From assembly GCF_964355755.1 (NCBI RefSeq), contig NC_092670.1, forward strand, positions 25,716,795-25,780,794: a stretch of 64,000 bases of DNA, in the 5' to 3' direction. The stretch is from Antedon mediterranea (Eukaryota; Animalia; Echinodermata). Below the pieces are notes generated by a model. It was not told the origin of the DNA. It searched no databases and worked only from the letters and a program-made list of their open reading frames with translations. Positions 53,329 through 64,000 of the stretch are shown here, one piece after another (within the stretch, counting starts at the first letter, position 1; every line of letters begins with the position of its first letter). A program made the translations under genes and the position numbers.

Positions 53329-54904
53329 CTATTCTCAATTTCCTCACAATAAATAAAAAACAAAGAATTAAGTTTAGTTTAAGTTTAATCATTTTATTAT
53401 TACCGATACTGTACATTGCAAAATGCCACAATGTAAAAACTGTAGTGTAATAAATAATTATTTATTGTCAATTAGTATCATTCTGTTTGCATACATATTT
53501 CTGAAATTGTAGTACTACAACAACTATTTAAATAAAGCTGCATTTTAAGGTTGAGAATCTTTCAATTGAGCATTTAAGCTCAATATCTATAAATATAAAG
53601 TATTTTGTTTATGTTTAATTTTAGCATTGCAATATGGATTGTGCATTTAAAGCATTGTCTTTAATCTTAATTTATCTACAATACTGGATAGTAATATTGC
53701 TATATGATGCTAGATTAGTAAATTATAATTACTGTCCTCATTATCACTGGTTCCATTTATGGAAAAGTATACATTAAAAATAGTTGATATTCCATTGGGA
53801 CTTGGGAGGTTGCCCTTTTCAACCGTTAAAAAGTCGTTCACAGTCATGTTACTACAGTAGTCATGATTTTCTAAGTTTTGATTGAAAATGGATGATTAAT
53901 TGTGCCCTCATTCTGCTGGCAATATTACAGTATGAATCCTGATAATGACAACAGTGATGCAATAAGTTTTATAATAACATCATAAAAATTTAATGTAATG
54001 TTCTTTTTTGCCATTAGGTCAATCTGCAATGTTTTTTAAAAAAGGAAATAAATCATAATTTAGGCTTTAAGCGTGAGAATGAATTAAATGCGTAACACTT
54101 TATTCTATTCTACCGGGTATACTAGATTTCATTTCTCCATATGTACAGTAGTACACTAACATTATTCATCAAGAAGTACAGTACTGTATTCCAGTACTAT
54201 TTTTATAAAACTGCCCTGGAGAAGATGTCAAATGTCATCCGTGAAATGATTGAATACAATCAATTAAAATATTAATCCGAACCAAAAACAAAGCCTTTTT
54301 CATTACAGTACATCAGGCCTATAATCTTATAATCTTATACCTTAAACAAAACAATAACAATATTTTTACTAAACAAGGAAGCATGAGGTAATTTGGCTTC
54401 ACACAATTAACATGCTTTACATAAAGAAAAGAATAGGGGAATTCCCTTTATATCTCCCTTTGACATCATTTGTCTATAAAGCTGCTGATATTTTACTTTT
54501 TATTACAACTCAAAGGGAAGCTTTCCAGGGATACTTAAAGTCTTTTACAGAAACACATTATTGCTGGTCTGGGAATCTATTTATAAAAGGAATTTGAATT
54601 TTTTTTTTCAAATAAATGTACGTACATATCAGATACACTTGTCTTGTGTTGTATAACAAATAAGTATTGAAATAGTTACTGAAGTTACTATTACAAACTC
54701 ATCAATGAAAACACAAATATGTATATGGTTATTCACTTATTTATGAAAACGCATACAGTACTACAAAGTTTCCTCTGTAAAATTATGTAATCAAGCTGTT
54801 TACAGGAGTAATTAAAAAGCAAATTGTAGTTAGAGAAAAGAAACTATGAAGCATGTTTATGTTATGTTGTGTGCCGTTATGTTTTCACCATTGACACGAC
54901 AGCC

Positions 54905-55050
54905 ATTTGGAGTGTAGCTGTATCATGGAGGTTGGTGTTTGCCTTTTAATCCCAAGGTCCGGGGTTCAATCCTGACTTAGTGCCATATATGGTTATAACT
55001 CACACTCTTTCAACTGCACTCCCTAAGCCTGAAGTGAGACTGCATGTTTT
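54905..55050 (+). mobile_element. Old tRNA-derived SINE head
   Basis: B box GGGTTCAATCC preceded by the tRNA-like AAGGTCC. Confidence 0.5.
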
Positions 55051-57111
55051 AATTGTCAATAACTAATTATCGAACTCAATTTAATTAGTAAACAGGATTA
55101 CATCAGGTGGTTAAAATTAGTACCAAAAATATGAACCAACTTTATATACCATTGAGTAAATATTCTAGAAATAACGCGCGATTTACCGAATTTTGCACTT
55201 ACGTAAATTTATATATAGACACAGTATGCATTGATTTAAATAAAGATAATTGATTTTTTAAAAGATATATTGATTTTGTCATGATATTTAATTAATTTAA
55301 AAAAAGCAGAAGCCAGTATCACTGCACATCAAGTCACTTGAATAAAAACAACCCGCTCAAAGATCCCTCGGCGAATATATGTCATAACCACCCTTGTTAC
55401 ATAATAATAAATACATAAGTTTCACTAGATTTCATTATAAATCAGGCGTATAATTAATTAATACATTAAGAAATAAAATTTAACAAACAAATAGGAAAAT
55501 TTTAAAACAGTCGTCATTCGTTTCGTTTCACAAGGCAAAAATCCTATATTTTACATTTGTGTGGCCATAACAATGATGTCACAACATCTGAGTGGTAAAG
55601 ATTCTACATGAATTCATATCTACAACATATCTGCTTACATATTAAGTTTCAAAAATTGGGGGTCATCACCATTGTATAATAGATTCAAAATAGGCATAAT
55701 TTTGAAGATAATTTGTAACTTTTGCAACTAAAACGCACGCAAATAGTCTAAAAATCAACGTGTTCATATGACATAATTTTAATTTAAAATGATGTCAATC
55801 TTTTTATAATTGAATAGGAAAGGCTGGAAATAACAATTCATGAGAAAAAACAAGATTTTTATGCTCTGTGCGCACTGTATGCGTAAAATTGTTTGCTCGC
55901 AAAGGCATTTTTGAAAAAATGTCATGAATCGCATAGAAAGTTGATTAGAAATTAATTTTGCGCAATTTGAAACTTTAAAACGGCGTGACCCTTTACTGTA
56001 GAAGTGCAGTACAAAAGTTGAATCAAATCCACAATGGCTCCAACCTTTATGAAATTGTAGCTATTTAATATGTAAGTCTACAGCATCATAATGTTGAAGA
56101 TAAACCAAATTGCTTTAAAAAATACTATTTTGATAGATTTAATCAATTCCTATACGTTAATATACAAACGTAATGCTTGGCGATGAATGAATATTCTGTC
56201 TCCCTGTAAAGCAAATAGGTAAATTCATGGGCCCTTGGGGAATAAACTTAAAACCTTTAAATATAGTATATTGCAATACTGTAGTTAGTTATAAGTATTG
56301 TGTATAACCATGGAAGAAAACATTTTTTTCCTCCATAGTATAACATAATTTAAACAATACTGTAAATACATGTATTAACCATTTTGATCGCCATTTACTG
56401 TACGTGTGGGTACTGTTAGATATCATATATATAAACACATATACAAATAAACTTTATTACTGACAGTTGCTTCTCAACGTTTGTATTAATTAATAATGAC
56501 AACAAATATAAACTTCGTAGTGGTGTATCGTGACAGTGACAGTTTCGACAAAGTATTAAATCGCAAATGTTTTATTAGTGGTAATGGTATATTATTTTAT
56601 AAAACATGAAAACAAATATTTCAATACTGAGTGGATAAAAGAACACATTTAAAATGTGTTCCTCTTTGCACCCATCATCTTCTCCATCCCTCAACCATAA
56701 TGTTACATACAAAACACAAATTGGGTTTATTTAAATTTGACTCAAAAATTAGTTTTTTTCGAAAGTAATTCCCAGGGTGCTATTATTTTAGTTGAATACA
56801 TATGAATCATCGTGTCTATCTATTCGTTCCTGTAAACGACATGTCTTGTGGTACATACATTTGAAATAGCCTTTTTTTTTTACGCAGAAATTACTAAGTG
56901 TATCCAGGAATTATCTGTTATCTTATTCGCTCACGTACCATCTATTTTAAATTAATTCAACTAAAAGTAGGTTTACATATTTTAATACATGTTTACACTG
57001 ACTAAATTACATTTTTCTGTAAAAAAAAAAATTCTTAGATAGAACATAGTTCACTGGACAATTTATAGTACTAACGATTACCCATGAATTCCCCCCATTA
57101 ATGTTTCTTAA

Positions 57112-58553
57112 AGATGTATTGTCCCTTTGACTATTCCAAAAAAAATAAAAAATAAAATGTTTCGAAAAAAAGTGGGTCATTTTGAAGTATCATAATACCG
57201 TATATTTCGGTGTATAAGTCGCACTTTTGACACGCAAATTTGACCTCTAAATTAAGGGTGCGTCTTATACACCGAACATAAATGCCTCACCACACAGATT
57301 GTACATAGGCCTAGGCTATCGTCACCTCGTTTTCTAGGCCTGAGTAGGCTAGGCCTAGCTACAGTAACTAACTAACGTAACGGCAACCTGCTTCTGCCTA
57401 GGCCTAGTTTTCAAGTCATTTTAGCATGATTTTATACTAAATATGATGAAAAGATTTGTTCATTATGGCGCTCCGATAAAATATCATTTGTAAACGTTTA
57501 CGTCGTACGATTGGAATAGTATTTATTTATACAGTAGTTATACGCACGATCGCCGTACCCCAAGCGCAAGCCCTTCTTTTGGTGGCACATGGTGTTTACG
57601 GTATTCGACTAGTATATTCTCCAGGTGATTATAGCATGGACCATGGAGAAATCAGTTAGCTAACTGATTTCTCCATGCATGGACCTAGCGTACACACTTC
57701 TCGGATACATAGATACTAATCGAATACGATTGTCCGTGAAAACGTGCGCCTTCTCGAAATGATCGAGCGAGGCTAGCCCACACACGTGCGTGTTACACAC
57801 ACGGTCATGCACTCGATGTTGCGGCGAAACTCATGAATAACAAGTTAGAAAGAACTTGTTGAGGCTGGGCGCGGCCGAGCCTAGGTAAGAAAAAACCTAA
57901 ATAAAGGACGCCGTTGTAGATATAACAAAATATATTATTACAATAATATTGATTACAATTTAAAAAAACATTGTTTTGATGAAATATAAGGTGCGTCTTA
58001 TACATCGACGATATAAAAAATACCAATATTTTACTCTCAGTTGGGGGTGCGTCTTATACACAGGTGCGACTTATACACCGAAATATACGGTAGTTATTAA
58101 CTTTCAACAAAAATTAGTCGAAAAAAAAATCATTTAACTGAAATACAGACGTTTTTTTGTTCAAAAAATAACTTTGACTTCCAGTCAAAGTTTTCGATCA
58201 AAACATAAATGCAACGCGCTTGTTTGGCTAATCTGTATGCATAATCATAAAACTTCCTCGCAATCTGTGTGAGAACACCTTCTCAACTGTGACGAGTTGT
58301 AAACAATCCTAATTAGCATCATGCATAATGCATACTCGTGGTTTGAAATCTTTGTTTACCTTCGTTCGCGACAATTTTCAGACGAAATGTAATCAAATTA
58401 TTATTTACCTGTTAATTACAGTACGTAAACTTGTTGTTTTTGGCTCAAATTTTCGACTTAAAGTGAATAACTTTAATATTACATTGATATGGTCAATTTA
58501 GATTTAGAATATTTTGACTTTCATTTTTGTGTGTTTCAAGGGACAATACATCT
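57112..58553. mobile_element. Kolobok-type MITE with a nested insertion
   Basis: TTAA|AGATGTATTGTCCCTT...AAGGGACAATACATCT|TTAA. Confidence 0.88.
57198..58090. mobile_element. Tc1/mariner (pogo/Tc2-like) MITE
   Basis: TA|CCGTATATTTCGGTGTATAAGTCGCAC...GTGCGACTTATACACCGAAATATACGG|TA. Confidence 0.9.
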
Positions 58554-59971
58554 TTAAGTACAGTATTTTGGTCATCTCTTTTTATAACAAGAGTTTAAAT
58601 ATTAGATATTTAACATTCTATCGAAGTTGAACATATGATTATTTTTGGTTTCTTCTTGTCTAGTATACTGTAGTTCATATATTCTTAAACTATACCCTTA
58701 CAGTAAACATTTACCCTTTAATACGGTTATTGTATATGAAAATAAAACACTAAATTCTTGACTACTCACAAAATTTAACAAAAGTTACGATGGAATAGCC
58801 CATTTGCCAAAATATAGCCTTTACCAGTGCTGTACTACATTTTCCACATTTTTCCATAAATTTCATACATTTTCCCTTCAAACAGTTGTTTTTATTATAT
58901 CACAAACCATTATAAAAACACAATTATGTTGATTCTTGGGAATTTCCCCAGCAAACACCCAAACAATACATGACATTGTTCTTTTGATTATGATTTCCAG
59001 GTGTGTTCTATATATAAATTATGGTTAATTCTGACATAGGCGAGCACAATGCAAAAACTTTGGTACAAATCTCCGCCTTGGATACCTACCTTATCTATCT
59101 CAGATGTACCGCGAAACGTAGATTTGATAACATTAGTTTTCACATCGACGCTATTGTTCCATTTTTGTCTTTTATAACGACAAAATTTAGCGTTACCTAT
59201 CGAAATTTGTGGATATCACAGGGTTATTTTCACACACTCGCGCTGTTGTTTAACTGGCTTACGGGTCCGTCACTTCCGGCAAAATGGCCGTTGGTGGCAC
59301 CATTCAATATTACTAAATACAACAAAATTTTAGTGGTTCAACGTATAGTGAACTAGGCCTACTGCAATTACAGTAATTTGTTTTAGATATTCAACTAATC
59401 AATTAAATTGATTAATACAGGCATTTACTTTACGTGAACTACAATTTGTTTTAGTAATTTAACTATTATTGAAGGCCTTTACTTTTACGTGCTAAAATGT
59501 GGTTTTAGTGATTCAACTGAATCGTGAACTACAATTTATTTGTTTTAGATATTCAACTATCAATTATAAAGGCCTTTACTTTACGTGAAATACAATTTGT
59601 TTTAGTAATTTAACTAATTAATTAATAATAATGCTATTTATTAATCATTTTATCAAATTTAGGTGCGATTCAATGTTACTATAGGAGGCTAATTGAACTA
59701 ATTATTTATGCTATTTATTAATCATTTAATCAAATTTAGGTGCGATTCAATGTTGGTGTCCACTACGCTACGAAAGTTGTTATTTGATCATTTTGTTCAA
59801 AAATTTAACAAAATGCTGTTGTCATGATATTATTGTGATAAAAATGCCCCGCTCACTGTCACCCACTTTGATAAACTATGCTTTTGGTCTCTTGGTACAG
59901 TCAAGTTAGAGACTGTTTCGGTGATTTATGACCCCTATTAACGGTTTCCTCCTGTGTGTAACATTCAGATA

Positions 59972-60470
59972 ATATATATATTACTATAATATGTATATTA
60001 TATTACTATAATATGTATATTATATTACTATAATATGTATATTATATTACTATAATATGTATATTATATTACTATAATATGTATATATATATTACTATAA
60101 TATGTATATATATATTACTATAATATGTATATTATATTACTATAATATGTATATTATATTACTATAATATGTATATTATATTACTATAATATGTATATTA
60201 TATATACTATATTATGTATATTATATTACTATAATATGTATATTATATATACTATATTATGTATATTATATTACTATAATATGTATATTATATACTATAT
60301 TATGTATATTATATTACTATAATATGTATAGTATATATACTATATTATGTATATTATATTACTATAATATGTATATTATATATACTATATTATGTATATT
60401 ATATTACTATAATATGTATATTATATATACTATAATATGTATATTATATTACTATAATATGTATATTATA
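59972..60470. repeat. AT-rich minisatellite (22-bp unit changing to a ~43-bp higher-order unit)
   Basis: (TATTACTATAATATGTATATTA)n. Confidence 0.95.
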
Positions 60471-61075
60471 CGTATACTGTTTACAACTATTATTATTTGC
60501 ATCTTACGTTCTTATGATTAGTACCAATTATTCATCAGTCTATGCATAGGTGTCAACCGGGCCTCAATTTTCAGAGGCGTTGGTCATGTTTTCGAGGACC
60601 AGTCGGGTACACCCACTAGAGGGTGCGCGAGCGAAGCGAGCGAATCCTCTAGTTGTAAGAATTGAAGGAATTGCCAACAATCCATTGATTGTTAAATGCT
60701 AAATTCTACTATGGCCTTTAGTCGAACGTGAAAAGTAGCCTAGAACAACATCCCGTGCCTCATCAAAGATAATACTTTTTGACACCATAGGCTGTTAATA
60801 GAAATACCATAATGCTAAAATGATAGAGTTCCACGAAAAATACAAACATTTGGTGAAAAAATAGCCTCTAAATCAGTAAACTTTCTAACGTTTGTTTAAA
60901 ATTTTAAGCCAGAAGGATGACTGAGGGCGTCTATCATATATTTTTTTATCAGAGAGGGCTATGCAATACATCATACCATCAAATTATTGTCTATATTAAC
61001 CCTTTCACTGCGTATACCCGGTACAACCGGTGTCACATCACCTTCACCTCAGTGAAAGCGAGGGAAAATCGGACC

Positions 61076-62466
61076 TAAGAAGAGAAGGAGAATAGCAAAT
61101 ACTATTTGGGAGAAGTTTGAGGAGCAAGTAGAGCCACAATCGAATTTCTGTGTCTCAAGAATGTATCTTCAGAAACTAAAACAACAACCGGGTGAGTCGA
61201 TTGATGACTACATTGCTAAACTTAAATTCCATGCAGAAAAATGTGCATTTACAGCCGCAGAAAAAGAATCAAGAATCATAGAACAAATGACCATAGGAAC
61301 CATATTTAAAGATCTCCAAAAAAAAACCAAGAATACAGACTTGAGGAGGCCATAACCCTTGCTAGGGGACATGAGGCATCCCTCATGCATCACAAGCAAT
61401 TAGATGAATTTGATACACAGCATGCAAAAATAAGCTACAGTGTACGTGTCACATGCCAAAAACAAATGTAAAGCATGTGGACAAATGCATCGCCCTCGAG
61501 AATGTCCAGCATATGGCTCGACTTGCCACAACTGTGGTAAATTAGACCATTGGGCTAAAATGTGTAGATCATGAAAAAAAATTATGAATCCTCATAATGA
61601 TCATAGTACAGACCGTCATCAACAAAAACGAAAATCAAAAAGGCATGGAAAAGGCAAACTAAAATCTAGAGGTGGAATACACTCAATGAATCAATATGAA
61701 TCTGACTCGGATGACTTACTTGAGCACAATATGGAAAAATTGACATTTGGTTCAGTGCGCATGAGCAGCATCAACGCTTTTATTCCCCATCTCACTGACT
61801 TGACAGAACCTTTTCGTCAACTGCTAAAAAGGATACGCAATACAGTTGGACACCTGCACATACAAATGCCTACCAACAGACAAAACAGGCAATCTGCAGT
61901 GAAATCCTACTTTCATATTTCGACCCGAAAAAAACCTGTAATATTATAGGTGGACGCAAGTAAAATTGGACTCGGAGCAGTGTTGCTCCAACCAAATGAC
62001 AAAAATGAAGAAATGCCAGTAGCGTTTGCCAGCAAGGCACTTACAGACACTGAGAAACGATACGCAAACATCGAACGCTAACTACTTGAAGCAGTTTTCA
62101 CACCTACGTTTATGGAGGAAAATTCATAATATACACAGACCATAAGCTGCTCGAAAGAAGGGGAATGATGATGGACAACAACACTTGAACTATAGAATAA
62201 TAATTAATAACTAGATTTGAACTCGTCACTACGGATGAGTTAGGTTATCCGCAGCGTAAACGCCACATGCACGTCATACGTTAGAATATTGCGCACAGAA
62301 AAACACTTATGACATTGGAAAAATGTTAGTGCGCTCCCTATTTTGTGTCACGTCTAAGTATATACGGTTTACACTATATACTGTATACGTACTACATACA
62401 GTGCAGAATAGGTGAAAATAAGTGACCCAAGTTATTGACGCTTTTGGACATGACGACGTCATCACA
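61076..62466 (+). mobile_element. Gypsy/Ty3 remnant (gag, zinc knuckle, RNase H, PPT, probable 3' LTR at 62166-62466)
   Basis: LKQQPGESIDDYIAKLK, CPAYGSTCHNCGKLDHWAKMC, VDASKIGLGAVLLQ..PVAFASKALTDTEKRYANIER; purine tract followed by TGATGATG...CATCACA. Confidence 0.85.
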
Positions 62467-62879
62467 ATTTTTAAAATGGTATATATATTCCCAAGGCAGC
62501 ATGTAAATTAATGAACAAATACACCTTGTACTAAAAAGGAGGGATGTCACATCACCTTCACCTCGGTAAAAGCTAGGGCAAATCCGACCACTGGACAGCA
62601 ACACCTGTTTATAACAGGTAACTCTCATTAGAAATCCCAATAGAGCAATTATAAATTCCACAATATACTAACTCAGTGAACAGTTAATAGATTATCATAT
62701 TCTATCCAGTCTTCGAACAAGCAACATTAGTTCAATTCAATAGCTCATATACTCAACAGTATAAGTGTATTACTTGTTTTAATGTAAAATTTTATAGTTG
62801 TATTATTGTCTTGAAAATCATGCACCCTCTATAAAGTTTTCTATCGCTCGACTAGTTATTTCTATCTTGGAAATTTGTA

Positions 62880-64000
62880 TTGAGTAGCGAAATGGTGCAA
62901 CAAAGGCTATACGATGTTAGTGAAGTTTTGAATCAGATATTTGCTGATTCAGACAGTGAGGATGACTTTGATGTCAATGATTCAAGTCAATCGTTCCCGT
63001 CTGATGACTATAGTTCCGATGATAGTGATTCTAAGATGAGTGTTGATTGTTCGTTGGATGTGGATAACAAACCTGTAGGCCATGGATCACAGGATGAAAC
63101 TATAAATATGTCTGTGGACAGTGATGGTGAAGCGGGCGTGGACAGTGACGATGAATCGGTGAGTTCTGATCGTTTATCAGTTGATGATGATGAGCCAGTG
63201 CCAGTTGTGCGTGGTCGTGGTAGAGGAAGACGTGGTGCACATGTTCTTGATGACAATATAGATCGACGTGGTGTATGCAGTGGCAATAGAGGAGGCAGAC
63301 GTGGGCCATGTGTTCGTGGTGGTATACGTGGAAGAGGAGGTCAGGCAAGAGGTCAGAGGGGCCGGACTCGTGCTAGAGGACAGGGGCCTGCAAGAGATCA
63401 GAACCCAAAGATAAATTGGGACATTGATCCAAATGATAGTTTTCAACCAAAGCAAATTCCATTCTCTGGTGGTGAACGACTCAAAGTTAGAATTGGTAGA
63501 CGTTTTTCGGTTTACTTGGACTGATGGGTATTATTCACAAGCCTAGGCTAGAAATGTATTGGAGCACTAATGATTTGATAGAAATACCTATATTTGGCCA
63601 AATAATGAACAGAGATAGGTTTTTCCTGATAATGAAATTTCTACATTTTGCAAACAATGAAGACCCTGCACATGACCCCACGGATGTCAATAGGGACAGA
63701 CTCTACAAAATTAGGCCTCTCATCAGAATGGTTCGAGAATGAATGCAGCGTGTTTATTCGCCATCTAAAGAACTCTGCGTAGATGAATCCTTGCTTTTCT
63801 TCAAGGGGAGACTGCTGTTCAAACAATGTATTCGAACAAAACGTGCATGTTTTGAAATCAAGTTTTATGAACTATGTACATCCGATGGTATATGTCTTGA
63901 TTTTATTGTATATTCAGCCGAGAATATTTTCAGAGACCATCCAGACCCTCATCCTCAAATGCTTGTTACTGAGCGTATTCCTAAACATGATGCAGCCTTT
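62880..64000 (+). pseudogene. PGBD4-like piggyBac transposase, frameshifted and internally deleted
   Basis: Acidic and RG-rich N-terminus; LMGIIHKPRLEMYWS, MNRDRFFLIMKFLHF, DRLYKIRPL, LCVDESLLFFKGR lie in different frames. Confidence 0.9.

Larger units (their letters stand above)
61000..64000 (+). mobile_element. piggyBac element (left end plus disrupted transposase), runs off the window
   Basis: TTAA|CCCTTTCACTGCG terminus, with transposase motifs downstream. Confidence 0.8.

Noticed and set aside
60324-60521. Repetitive 65-aa ORF
   Set aside because: Translation of the AT-rich minisatellite.

Overview
AT-rich, intron-containing eukaryotic (invertebrate-animal-like) DNA dominated by transposable elements; most entries in the ORF track are spurious. 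Two host genes can be spliced by hand, both on the minus strand. (1) The first two coding exons of a signal-peptide/LRRNT/LRR protein (6160-6359 and 1-61), whose 6.1-kb intron is a nest of hAT and Harbinger MITEs. (2) An 11-exon, ~869-aa gene (47667 to 36960) that joins ankyrin repeats and a coiled coil to a PINK1-like kinase fold with degenerate catalytic motifs, so probably a pseudokinase. The most unusual repeat signal is a ~366-bp unit carrying a complete tRNA-like cloverleaf (anticodon ATC) followed by a T-run. It forms short partial-tandem arrays at (TA)n tracts and is fused twice, inside the tRNA, to a Penelope-like (GIY-YIG) retroelement whose pseudo-LTR has a minimal hammerhead ribozyme (5 copies). 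Also present: decayed L1/Tx1 and CR1/L2 LINEs, SINEs, Kolobok, Tc1/pogo and Harbinger MITEs, 29-36-bp palindromic micro-insertions with 7-bp TSDs, a 3.1-kb foldback element, and a piggyBac carrying nested Gypsy remnants. All calls come from reading the sequence by eye; no searches were run.
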